A DNA stretch of 64,000 nucleotides, from assembly GCF_009914755.1 (NCBI RefSeq), contig NC_060925.1. The stretch is one strand, 5' to 3'. This document shows, in pieces, positions 52,395 to 64,000 of the stretch. The stretch is from the human T2T-CHM13v2.0 reference genome, Homo sapiens. The notes under the pieces were generated by a model, which was not told where the DNA came from, did not search any database, and was given only the letters and a program-made list of their open reading frames with translations. The translations under genes were made by a program, and so were the position numbers. Positions within the stretch are counted from its first letter, which is position 1; each line of letters starts with the position of its first letter.

Positions 52395-55300
52395 CACATT
52401 GAGAGAAAAAAGAAATTTTTTTATTTAGCTAAATTAAAATGGCTGTGTTACTTATTTGAAATATGCAAAGCTCAAATCAAGTCATGGAAACCCTGAATTC
52501 TCCCTAAACAGAACCAAAATTGCTTATACATTACCAAAATAGCTTCACTAAAACAAAGTAGATTTAAATTTCTTAATATGAGAAAACAACAAGGTAGGTT
52601 AGGTTCGTATAACAAACAATACACGCTCTATAAAGTCTCAGGAATACCCAAATGTGTTCTGGTTTGGATATGAAAGAGGGACCACTTCTAGCTGGTGTTG
52701 GTAAGCAAGCCAATGAGGTGTGCAGCAAACAAAACCTGTCACTAAAAACAACTCAACAGGCCATTATGAGTATGAGCCCATCACAGCCAAAATCCTCAAC
52801 TGTGACCGGCAGGACCAGCAAGGGGGGGTGTTGAAGGGGTTATGAACAGCAACCATAAAGAAAGGAATCTCCAACAGAAGGGACAATGGCCAGCAGTAGG
52901 TGAAGGGAACCCATTCTTCAGCTCTGTTGCATCATACACATTCCTGAGGGTCAGGCACCTCTGCCTTTTAGATGACACCACAGTCATCTAGAAGTCAGGT
53001 TTTCTCTTCTTTTGGTTCTTCTTTTTATATGCTACCTTTTTGCCTCTCTGATTTATGGGGAGGCTCTTTTAGTAAACATTATACAAGATAGTACAAGGCA
53101 AAAGAAAACAAGGACCAAGAAGCAGTGCTTTGAGTAACTTAGGAAAGCAGCAGTAGGAGCTGCCAGACTGAAAAGGTAAAAGGGTTTAAAACCAAAACCA
53201 AAACCAAACTCACTATCCAGTCTTCCTCTCAGAGATGAGATATGGCTGGTGAGGCTTGACTACAGCTAAATACAAGTCACAGGCTTAGTAAGTTAAGACA
53301 ACATACAAATAAAAGTCCCAAATTCACACTAAATAATAGGCTTATGGGATGCTTAAGCCAGTGAGTCTGCTCAACTCAGAAGAAAGGAGTTCAAGATACC
53401 CTACTTTTGCCTGGAAGATGTACTTTCTCAGGCAGGATGACAAAAATATTCATAGATCTGAGAATGCAGTATAAACACCTCTGCCAAACTTGGTAGGGGG
53501 AGAGGATGGTACTGTATACTGGCTCAGGGGTGATACTAGTCAGACAAGCACAAGGTAGGAAGAACAGAAGATAAACCAAAAAACAAAATGGATTTCTCCA
53601 TGTATAGTTATCTGATGCAAGGGAAAATACACACAACAAAGAGTTAAGGTGTCTTCAAAGTATCTGCCTATGAATAAGAATTTGAAACTAAAAAGGACAA
53701 GCTACATTACCCTCAAGTATATTTCATATAAATCAGTTCTCAAAAAAATACCTTCCAGGTACAGACATACTATTTATGGTACAGTATATACAAATATAGC
53801 AGTATAATTCAATTTATTGCTAGAATTTTATTTGGTTGTTAGAAAATCTGTAAGGGTGTATATATATTAAAAAAAGGTGTGGGGTGAGAGTGGATGGAAG
53901 GCAGTCAGAAGGGTGAGAGTTATTTTCAAGTTACCTAAAGTGCCAGGCTAATTTGTTTTAACCTTTCCAAGAAAGTGAAACTGAGCATAAGCTATAATGA
54001 GATAAGGGGACACATTCATGGGAAAAGACTTCATCTTGCTTTAACTAAATTTTAATACTTCTGGAAAAAAAATTTAAGTTTGGTTAATACCAAGCTGAAC
54101 ATCATGTAAAGAAAAAAAAAACAGCCCTTAAATGTTTAAGGGTACCGGACTGTATCCATGGTGAAGGGCAACCTGAACAAAGTTAAAAAGGAAATGATCT
54201 CCACTAAAGAAGTCTGTGGCATGACAGCTTTCTCTACTTTCTCCCTGACTTGGCCTATACCAAAGTTAAGTTTTTGTAGTTTTTTTTTCCCCTTTCAAGT
54301 TGTTGCCCAAAGACTGCTTCTAAGAACAACACAGCAATTCTAGACTCAACATACAGGAGACATGGAGGTATTATTCCTTTCAATCTAGGGATCTTTCATG
54401 CCAGGTCCACAGAAGCATTTAAAGGAAGTATTGTACTTGATTGTATTAGATTTGAAAAACTTGCTACCACCATGTGAAGGCCCTAGCTCCAGGCCTGCCC
54501 TGCTATACTTTGGCATCCTTTGGGTAGAAAGCCTCTAGCTACTTCTGAGCTGGTAATGGTAAGGAAACTGAATATTATTTCACATGTTTCATCTCACAGC
54601 CTTTTTGGCTTTAGTCATCCCCCAGAGAAACATATTAGGCTCTTGGTTAGCCTCTAGGTAAAATCTCAAGGGGTATGGTTTTCTGGGTCAAAATTAGAAG
54701 CACAGCTCTCTTCTAAAGCTCTGGGTGGTCAGTGTGAGATAATGGCTGGGGGAATTTAGCCCTGCCATTCAAATGGAGATGGTACTGGTGGTGGGAGCCA
54801 GCTACGGCTTTAAGACAGACTTAAGTGGGTGGGTGGGGAAGGCAATCTAGCTCACTCAGCAGGGAAAATGGAGCTCCCCAATGGATAACTTTTTATGCTC
54901 ATAAACCCTGAAATAGTACTAAAAATGAGAAAAATCCCCAAGACTTCTCTGATTCCCAGGTTGGGATTAGCTGAGGGAATAGGAACAAAGAACCAGAATC
55001 CTACTTCCATGAGCCATGCCTGGAGTCAGTATTGTCTCCAGTGTCTACTCCCTGAAATCGGTTCCTCCAGCTACCAGGACAAACCCCCTGGCAGCGCCTG
55101 GGCCTTTGAGGGATACCTTATGGAGACATGGATGTAGTTTCAGCTGCCACCTACACCAGATCAGCAATTTTTAATAAGTCATTTGTTCATATCCTGTTCA
55201 AAACCATTCTTCCTACTTTCCACACAATATGCACAATGCTTTCTTTCATTTAAATATTTACAAACAGAAAAGGCCTATCTTTTAAAGAAAAGACATTTTC

Positions 55301-55700
55301 TGAGTCTCTATAAAGTGCAGCTAATTTAAGGCAAATTTAAGTGAAATATAAAAGTGGCTTATTCTCTCTCTATATACATTTCCCAGCTTTAAAAGATAAG
55401 GTCTCCTCCCCTCAAAAAAAGGAAAGAGAAAAAAAGAGGGCTTTAATTTTTTTTCTGGCAATTTTAAAATGTAAGATCTTACTGGTTGTAGGAAATCATA
55501 GATTTCTGAACATCATAAGTAAAATGGTCTTCTTCTTTAAAAAAATAACTTTTATATAGCTTCTTCAAACAAGTTAAAAGGTGGCAAAGTATCTGCTACA
55601 GTAGTTTGGAGGACTAGAGGACTGATGGGTAAGTAAGGGTTGTTTTGTTGTTAGGTAAATAGATATTAGGCAGTCCATTTCTAAAATATGCCTGATGAAG
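52395..55700 (-). other. EFCAB14: EFCAB14 3'UTR (~3.3 kb), AATAAA at 52420-52425
   Basis: Alu-free AU-rich stretch after the stop; tttatt on plus at 52420, also 53813 and 53827. Confidence 0.7.
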
Positions 55701-55876
55701 CTAGATACCTAAAGCTACCCTTAGCTCCAGGAATGAGTATCTTCCATCTCCATCGGAATCAAATGCTCTCAAGCTCTCTGGTTCTGGCATAGCAGAACCT
55801 AGGGAGGTCCAGATTTCCTGGTAGGTCAGCTTCCCATCCACGTCCTGGCCAGTCTTGCGGAATAAATCCTGAAGAT
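55701..55876 (-). CDS. EFCAB14: EFCAB14 last coding exon with two EF-hand-like loops (DLQDLFRKTGQDVDGKLTYQE...DSDGDGRYSFLEL..GI*)
   Basis: ttgacag acceptor, phase 1, TAG; canonical DSDGDGRYSFLE loop. Confidence 0.95.
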
Positions 55877-56069
55877 CTGTCAAAAATGAATTACAAAAAA
55901 TGTATACGTCTAAACATACAGCTAAATTTAGTTAAAAGTAGTCTCAACTGAATTTAAAACACTAAAAGAAAAGCTACTCCGCAAATTTTGTTTCCAAATG
56001 GTAAAGTTTAGGATTTCACTAAATCAGGAAGACTAATTTTTGATCCCTTAAAAATATATTAAAAAAAAA

Positions 56070-56180
56070 GGCTGGGTGCAGTGGCTTATGCCTATAATCC
56101 CAACACTCTGGGAGGCTGAGGCAGGAGGATTGCTTGAGGCCAGGAATTTGAGACCAGCCTGGGCAACACAGTGAGACACT
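56070..56180 (+). mobile_element. FLAM/Alu left monomer
   Basis: ggctgggtgcagtggcttatgcc...gggcaacacagtgagac. Confidence 0.85.
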
Positions 56181-56506
56181 GCCAAAGTAGAAGCAGTGAC
56201 AGATAATCGCAGGAGAATGAATGGTCTCATCTTCTCTCTGTCCAGCGTCTTCCCTTTAGATTTTCCTGAATTTATTCTTATGTTGAAGGGGTGAAAAGGA
56301 ATGCAGAGGCCTAATGAGTTATGTGATAGGAGCTAGCTCATAAAACAGACTGTGGCATATTGTGAGATTTCTTGTTGGATGGCTGAGTGGAGACTGGAGG
56401 AATGACTTGGAAGCCCATAAAACAATCCCAAACACTCATAGCTTTCTCAGTTTTGACAGGAAATCCAAAGCTCAAAGAGGAAAGTAACTTGCCTACGGTC
56501 ATGTAA

Positions 56507-57124
<618 letters not shown>

Positions 57125-57229
57125 AGAATACAAATTTCTTATTACCTAGTCCAGTGCTCTTTCTACTATGTGACACTTGTCTCTCTGGATCCAGAAATTA
57201 AGCAGCTCAAGAACCAGTGACTCAAAAGT

Positions 57230-57990
57230 GTAATGAGATACCATGTCATAATCACTACGATGGCTATAATAAAAAAAGACAGGCCTTACCAAGCATTAGG
57301 GAGGATGTGGAGAAAGTGGATTGAACCCTCACACATTGCTGATGGGAATGTAACATGGTACAGCCACTCTGGAAAAGTGTAGGAGTTCCTCAAAAAGTTA
57401 GGGCTATCATATGACCCATTAATTCCATTCCTAGGTATATATATACTCAAGGCAAATGAAAACATATGTTTACATAAAAACTTGCACATGAATGTTCATG
57501 GCAGCATTACTCTTAATAGCCCAAAAGTGAGAACAATCGAAATGTCCATCAACGGATGAACAGACCAAAATGTGTTAGGTCAACAGAATGGAATATTATT
57601 CAGCCATAAAAAGGAACGAAGTACTGATACATGCTCCAACATGAATAGACCATAAAAACATTATGCTAAGTGAAAGAATCATATTGAAAGAAAAAGCACA
57701 CACAAGGCCACATACTGTATGATTCCATTTATGTGAAACACCCCAAATAGGCAAATCCATAGAGATAGTGATTAAGAGACTAGTGGTTGCTGGAGACTGG
57801 CAGGAGAGGGGACTGGGAGTGACTGTTTAATGGGTACAGAGATTCTGTGAGGGGTGATGAAAATGTTCTGGAATTAGATAGTGGTGATGGTTGCATGACC
57901 TTGTGAATACACTAAAAAACACTGGATTAAAAACACTGCATTTTAAAAAGGTGAATGTTATGGTATGTGAATTGTATTTCAATAAAAAAG
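57230..57990 (+). mobile_element. L1MB-type 3' end
   Basis: gaatattattcagccataaaaaggaacgaagtactgatacatgc; ggaattagatagtggtgatggttgca. Confidence 0.85.
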
Positions 57991-58203
57991 AACCAGAGGA
58001 ATTATCTCTCCAAAGTGCATGCTCTCTACTTTTTAAAAATCAGTAAAAAGAAAAAGAGCAATATTACCAGTTGATCTGTATCTTTTTTATTTCAATGGCA
58101 ATATTGAGCCAAAATGATTAGAGAATGTCTATCAATAGTTTCTTCTGGCATTTTCTCAAGGGCCTCATCACAAACACTTAGGAAGGTCAGTTATATACAT
58201 AAC

Positions 58204-58488
58204 TTTTTTTTTTTTTTTGAGACAGGGTCTCCCTCTGTCACCCAGGTTAGAGTGCAGTGGCATGATCACAGCTCACTGTAGCCTCAAACTTTTAGGCTCA
58301 GGCTATTCTCCCGAGTAGCTGGGATTACAGGGTGTGCGCTACCACGCCTGGCTAATTTTTGTATTTTTTGTAGAGTTGGGATTTCACTGTGTTGCCCAGG
58401 CTGGTCTCGAACTCCTGAGCTCAAGCCATCTGCCTGCCTTGGCCTCCCAAAATGCTGGGATTACAGGCATGAGCCACTGCACCTGGCC
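58204..58488 (-). mobile_element. Alu (AluJ-type)
   Basis: tatatacataac TSD. Confidence 0.92.
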
Positions 58489-59972
58489 GTATATACATAA
58501 CATTTAAAAAATACTTGTGTCCCCATAATCAAATAGAAGATTTAATATCTAATACCAAAGAAGGTCAATGAGCTTTATGTTTCTTTAAAAATCTTCCCAA
58601 ACTCCTTTAATTTCATCATTTATTCCACACCATACCTAGGTAAAATAGGCCTCTTGATGTTTGGTATTCAGGAAGAATAAAAATAGCTTGAAGGGAGGGA
58701 AAACAGTTGCAGTGCAAGGTCCAGTCCATCAAGGAGCTCCTATAAACAAGCTCCTGAATAGGGCCCTACTCTCACTCCTACAATAGGTGCAGCAATGCAG
58801 CTAATAAAATGTCAAAAGCTCTCTGAAAGGCAGGAAAGCAGTGGGACACTTGTTCCCAATGCCTTACACCAAGTGGCTAGCTGAAGAGTTCTGTTTTTTT
58901 TTTTTCTTTTTTTTTGTGGCATGAGTTTATACAACATGCTACACTACGCACTTGGTAGCAGTATTCAAATAAAAATATGATTGCTGCCTCAGGTCATTCC
59001 AAAAGTATAGTCATCCAAAAGTATTTAAGGCCTATGCTGAGGACTGAAGCACAAGTGTTAAGACTGCTATTCCTTACTCTGACCTAATAGCTTTCCCCCA
59101 TTCATTCTCATCAAATATTGATTTAACAATGGAAAGTGGCAGGAAGCTTGTGTTCCCATTAAACACAACACTTCCCCTCCTCCCCAGAAAACAGAAAAAA
59201 AAAAAGTCAGGAACAGGGAAGAAAAGTAATCACATTTAAATGGTGATAGAAAAATTTAAGTCTTCTATGCTTTAAGCATTTAATTGCAATGTGTAGGTAA
59301 CTCATTCATTTATTTAACAAATATTCAGGAGTACCAGGTACTGTGCTAGGGGCTGGGAGTAAACAAGACATAGTCCTTACCCATAGGAAGTTATATTTTG
59401 TATCTCCCCAGGAAATTCCAACAGAGTGACATGTGCTAAACAGGGGCAAACAAAATTTAAGAGCACACAGGAGGAGCCTAATCCAGTCACTGGAGGTAAG
59501 GAAATGTTCCTGGTAGAATGGTATCTAGGCTAAAGAGAAGAGCCAGAGGAAGGTGTGGTGGACAGGAGCAAGTGATTTGCCAGGCAGCCAGCTAATACAA
59601 AATCGGGAGGCACTAAACATCACCATGAGGGATAGAACATGCACTGCTGGAAGCAGTGCAAACACATTTTTCTGTGAATCATATCCTTTGTACTAATATT
59701 TTGCTGATTTTCAGTAAAAGGGTCCTTCATTTTTGGAGGGCCCTGACAAACAGGGTCAACTTTTACTTTATTTTACTAATCTCATGGTATTGTATTTGCT
59801 TTTATGCCTTCTCCATTAGACTGTAATATCCTTGAAGAAAGAAAATGAGACCATATCTTATACTGTATTCTTATTGCTTAGCACTAGGTTTAATGAGGCA
59901 CTCAGTGAATGAAGACCCTAAAAAACATTAACAGAAAGATAATATAGTACACTGGTTAAAAGTGCAAGCTTC

Positions 59973-60294
<322 letters not shown>

Positions 60295-60530
60295 TTATTT
60301 GCTGTGTGGACTTAGGCAGTTTCCCTATCAGTAAAATGGGTATAATACATAAATACTTATGTTCATGGGATGGTTATCAGGATTATATGACATAATGCAT
60401 ATAAAGTATCTGGCACTTGATATCTCCTCAATAAATGTTAGATCATATATATTTTTGACAAGTGAAAATAAACATTAAAAAGTTATTACTTTGAACATTC
60501 CCATTACTACCCCGTGGTATAAAAATTTAC

Positions 60531-60656
60531 CTTCAGTGCTAGAAACTCCTGGTAGGGAGATAGGTCTTAGTTGGGCAGCTTTCTCAACTGGGTCTCCAAG
60601 AAACTGTGAAAATTTTGGCAATGCTGATGGCTTTGATGTGAAACTCTCTACTTGCT
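60531..60656 (-). CDS. EFCAB14: EFCAB14 penultimate exon (EQVESFTSKPSALPKFSQFLGDPVEKAAQLRPISLPGVSSTE)
   Basis: ttacag acceptor, G|gtaaat donor, 126 nt phase 1/1, open and in frame with both neighbours. Confidence 0.93.
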
Positions 60657-61721
60657 CTGTAACAAATACATAAGGTTTTATTTAGTATTATTGAATCTAA
60701 CACCAAATTAAACTAGTATCGAAGGTCACCTTTTAGGAAAATTGGATATACAATTAATTTAGAGAAACATTTGAAGATAAAGTAGCATAGTGACTATGTG
60801 AAGTTAAAGGCTTGGATTGAGACATATTTGTGGGCAAGGGAACACCAATCAGTATTATATTACGTTAAGGTTTGCAGCAGCAGTCCCATTAGAAGATCTT
60901 ACAGTACAAGCTAGCATTAAACATGTTTAGATGGTAAGAGCTTAAGCTGTCAAGTGGCAAGAACAGTGGCTGGATATCAAAGATCTTGACATCCTGGGAG
61001 ATGTGCTTTAAACCCAGTCTAGGGGTATGTGCCACCCGCTAAGCTGGTGCTAAGAGTGCAACCGTAAGATGATGTAGCACAATGTTAGGACAAGACATTC
61101 CACCACAGTTCTGTCTCCTACTAAAGGAGAATTCAAGAGAGTTTGTACTGCTTTTCTAAAATAGAAAAATACTTGTGTGGGGGAAAAGGTCAAAGCTAAC
61201 ACAGTCCAGTGCCTTGGTTATGTCCTCACAGGGTCTAAATCAGTGGAGGCTCATGTATCTGCTAATATTGATTAGACAGGTCCATACCTAAAGCCAAAGA
61301 CCCTTCCAACCCAAAGATCCCATCATTATTTTTGTTAACGATTTTCAGAAGGGCGAATATTTATTTTTAAATACATGTTATGCACTTACAGAAAGGAAAA
61401 GACTCTCATAAACAACTTTTAGGGCTGGCTTAATATACTCTATGACAGTAACATTTTTGCCTATAATTGGATGCAGACAGCATGGAGAATTCTATTTCCA
61501 GCTAAACATTACCAATTCTTCCCTTAATAGACTAGAGTACAAATCATGTACAAAATGGGCCTTTTCTAAATGAAAGCAAAGTGTATCAGCTTCATCTCGG
61601 TGCGTTCAGGCATCACTCGCTTGGTGCGATCAGTACTGCTGGAACACCTTCCCTGCTCCCCATGTGAGAGGCAAGCTGCTCAAGCCTCCATGAAATATTA
61701 AGAAGCCGGCTCTGCTCTCAC

Positions 61722-61833
61722 CTTCATCGGCGGTCTCTGGAGGCCTGTTGCTCTCAGGTTTGTTTGTAAGAGCACTGATCAGCTGGAGTTTCTCTCTTAG
61801 CTTGGATACCTGAGAATTTGAACTATCTTCTTT
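61722..61833 (-). CDS. EFCAB14: EFCAB14 third-last exon (KEDSSNSQVSKLREKLQLISALTNKPESNRPPETADE)
   Basis: gtgcag acceptor, G|gtgaga donor, 112 nt. Confidence 0.93.
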
Positions 61834-63909
61834 CTGCACAAAACAAAGATTATAGAAGGTTTAAGGTGGTAGTAAGACTTCATCTAAGTGTCCACTGTAT
61901 TCCCAGAGCCTGTTTAGCATGTAGTGTTTGACCCTCAGTAGGTTCCCTATAAAGACAATAAAAGAATGAATCAACATATACTGGTGATGTCTTTGGTCCT
62001 CAGCACTGATAAGTATCTTGCTGGATTTGAAACCATTAAGGGAACATTATGCTACAGATGATCTGATTCACTGTGAACATTTGGTTGATGGGGGAAGGAA
62101 TGCATGTGTCAGCAGTAAAGGAAATGTACCCTTGCTCAGGTGCCTATGCGACACCCATTTCCTAAATGAGCAGGATCTTGTTTTCTAGGAGCTATTTCAC
62201 ACTAACTAAATAACTTTCCGAAATATCTTGCTTCACCTTGTGACTAGACCACTTTAGGCAGAATTTCATGCTCTTACCACCTTACAAAAAGAAGCAACTG
62301 AACAAAAACAAACCACAAGTTTTCCCCTGATCTTTCCTCTGTTTCTCCCTGGTGATGAGTCAACTGGTGGCAGAAACTGTTAAGACATAAAGAAGGAGCT
62401 GTAATATTTCTAATTCAAAGTCTTGCTTGCTCGTATCTTTTAAAAAAGTTTTTTCGCCCATACCCTGCCTCATTCCCAGGAGTATCAAGAGTGGCATATA
62501 CAAATACATTTAATTATAAAAAGAGAGACATCTGGTTTCTATGAGGCTCATTTCTAACTGCTTAGATGAGTGTGAAAGGTCCTGATCCTATGTTTAATTA
62601 GAACACCAACTCATTACACATTTATTTTATTATTGATTTACTTTTCTTGTATAAGTAATTGTTAACTTCTCTTGCCCCATCTTATTTCTACTCTAATAGT
62701 TACTGTATAGTAGTTCACTCAGTTTATTTAGGGAGCTAAAATATGAACATATGTAGTGAAAACTAGGTACTAAATGTTTGAAGAACTAATGGTAAGGAGA
62801 AATTGTATCTGGTTAGGATGTTTGGATGAGGTAGGACAAAGGAACTGATACCCTGCGATGACAGTTAAAAACAAAAAAGGCCTGAAAGTAAAGCCAAGAT
62901 GAAATTTATGTATACATGTGTACTGGTGTGTTCTGATATTTATTGTTAAAATGTGAACTGTGGCTGAAATTGCTACTACTTTCTAATAGAAACCACCTAT
63001 TAGTTTTTTTGTGCTCAAAATTTACATCTGGCTCTTAAGTTTTTCTGTCTTCTCTAGGTGAGGTTTAAAAAAAATCTGCAGAAGCAGTTAGAAAACTCAA
63101 CAAAAGCTTAGCTTATGATGCATTAAAACCTTAATATATTGTGACTTTATCTAGATAATATAAAACTATTAAGGTAGGAAAAATAAAGATATAAAGCATT
63201 ACATCAAAAGCTGCCTTTACTGTGTGGTTCCAGTTCAAGTTCATTTTCTCTGAACCTCAGATCCTCCCAACTTCTCAAACATAATATGCATTTGAGATGG
63301 TAATTTAGTCACTTGGTCATAATCTTCCTGGCTTTTCTTTTATCTTAGCCCAGAGTTTAACACTCTAATCAGAGAATACTGTAATCACACTTTCTTTCCT
63401 GGAATATCAAAGCATATCATAGATTGCTGTCTTGACAGTATGTCTAGGAAGAACAAAAAAGGGGAAGGTACAAGGTGAAGGGAACTGGCTGAGGTTTAAA
63501 TGGACTATGAATACATAGAGATTGCAATACAAAAATAGGAAATAAATTTTAGATTAGACACCATTTTTAGATTATCTCTGCCTCTGTCCCCCATCATTAG
63601 TACAGATAACTTACTGTCTTAGTGTAAAAGTCATTTCCTTAGGGAAGCCTTCTTGATCTTATCATATCCTGTATTTGTCCTTTATAATACTTATCATACT
63701 CATGATTCATGACCTGTTCAATTATGTGTTAACGATTTTCTGACTGACAGGACTTTGAGCTCCACCACAATAGGGGTCACATGTCTGCCTTGCTCACTAT
63801 GGTCCCCCCAGCTCCTACTAAAGTGTTTGGCACAGGGTAGGTGCCTAAAAAAGTATTCATTTATTCACTAACATACTAATTTACTAATTGCTTTGTTTTG
63901 AAGTTTCAG

Positions 63910-63994
63910 CACATGAGAACAAAAGTACGCCCTTTGAAAAAGTAGCAGTAGATCAAAAGCACAGAGATGCTGCTGCATTTACTTTTACTTCAGG
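63910..63994 (+). ncRNA. Candidate antisense exon within an EFCAB14 intron
   Basis: tactaat branch-like motifs, tttcag acceptor, AGG|gtaagc donor. Confidence 0.35.
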
Positions 63995-64000
63995 GTAAGC

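Overview
Primate (almost certainly human, chr1p33) genomic DNA, dense in Alu/L1/L2/MIR repeats. It holds the complete 9-exon ATPAF1 gene on the minus strand. The exons I mapped sum to 987 nt (328 aa + stop), and exon 1 lies in a CpG island. It also holds the complete 2-coding-exon TEX38 gene (plus strand, 621 nt = 206 aa + stop) and the last three coding exons plus long 3'UTR of EFCAB14 (minus strand). A decayed processed NENF (neudesin) pseudogene sits in ATPAF1 intron 1, and two plus-strand exon-like segments may belong to an EFCAB14 antisense RNA. The first ~10 kb looks intergenic and repeat-derived. I found no convincing wholly new biological system. The best leads are regulatory or structural: (1) an L1 inverted-repeat pair, created by a twin-priming inversion, brackets ATPAF1 exons 3-6, which would form a stop-free 213-nt circle; (2) an upstream in-frame ATG adds an acidic peptide ahead of the ATPAF1 mitochondrial presequence; (3) a 55-bp tandem duplication doubles an intronic polyA hexamer after exon 6; (4) an alternative TEX38 donor would remove the transmembrane helix; (5) EFCAB14 3'UTR carries miR-17-family and Pumilio motifs. 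Gene identities come from recognising the protein sequences. Repeat boundaries and subfamilies were read by eye and are approximate.
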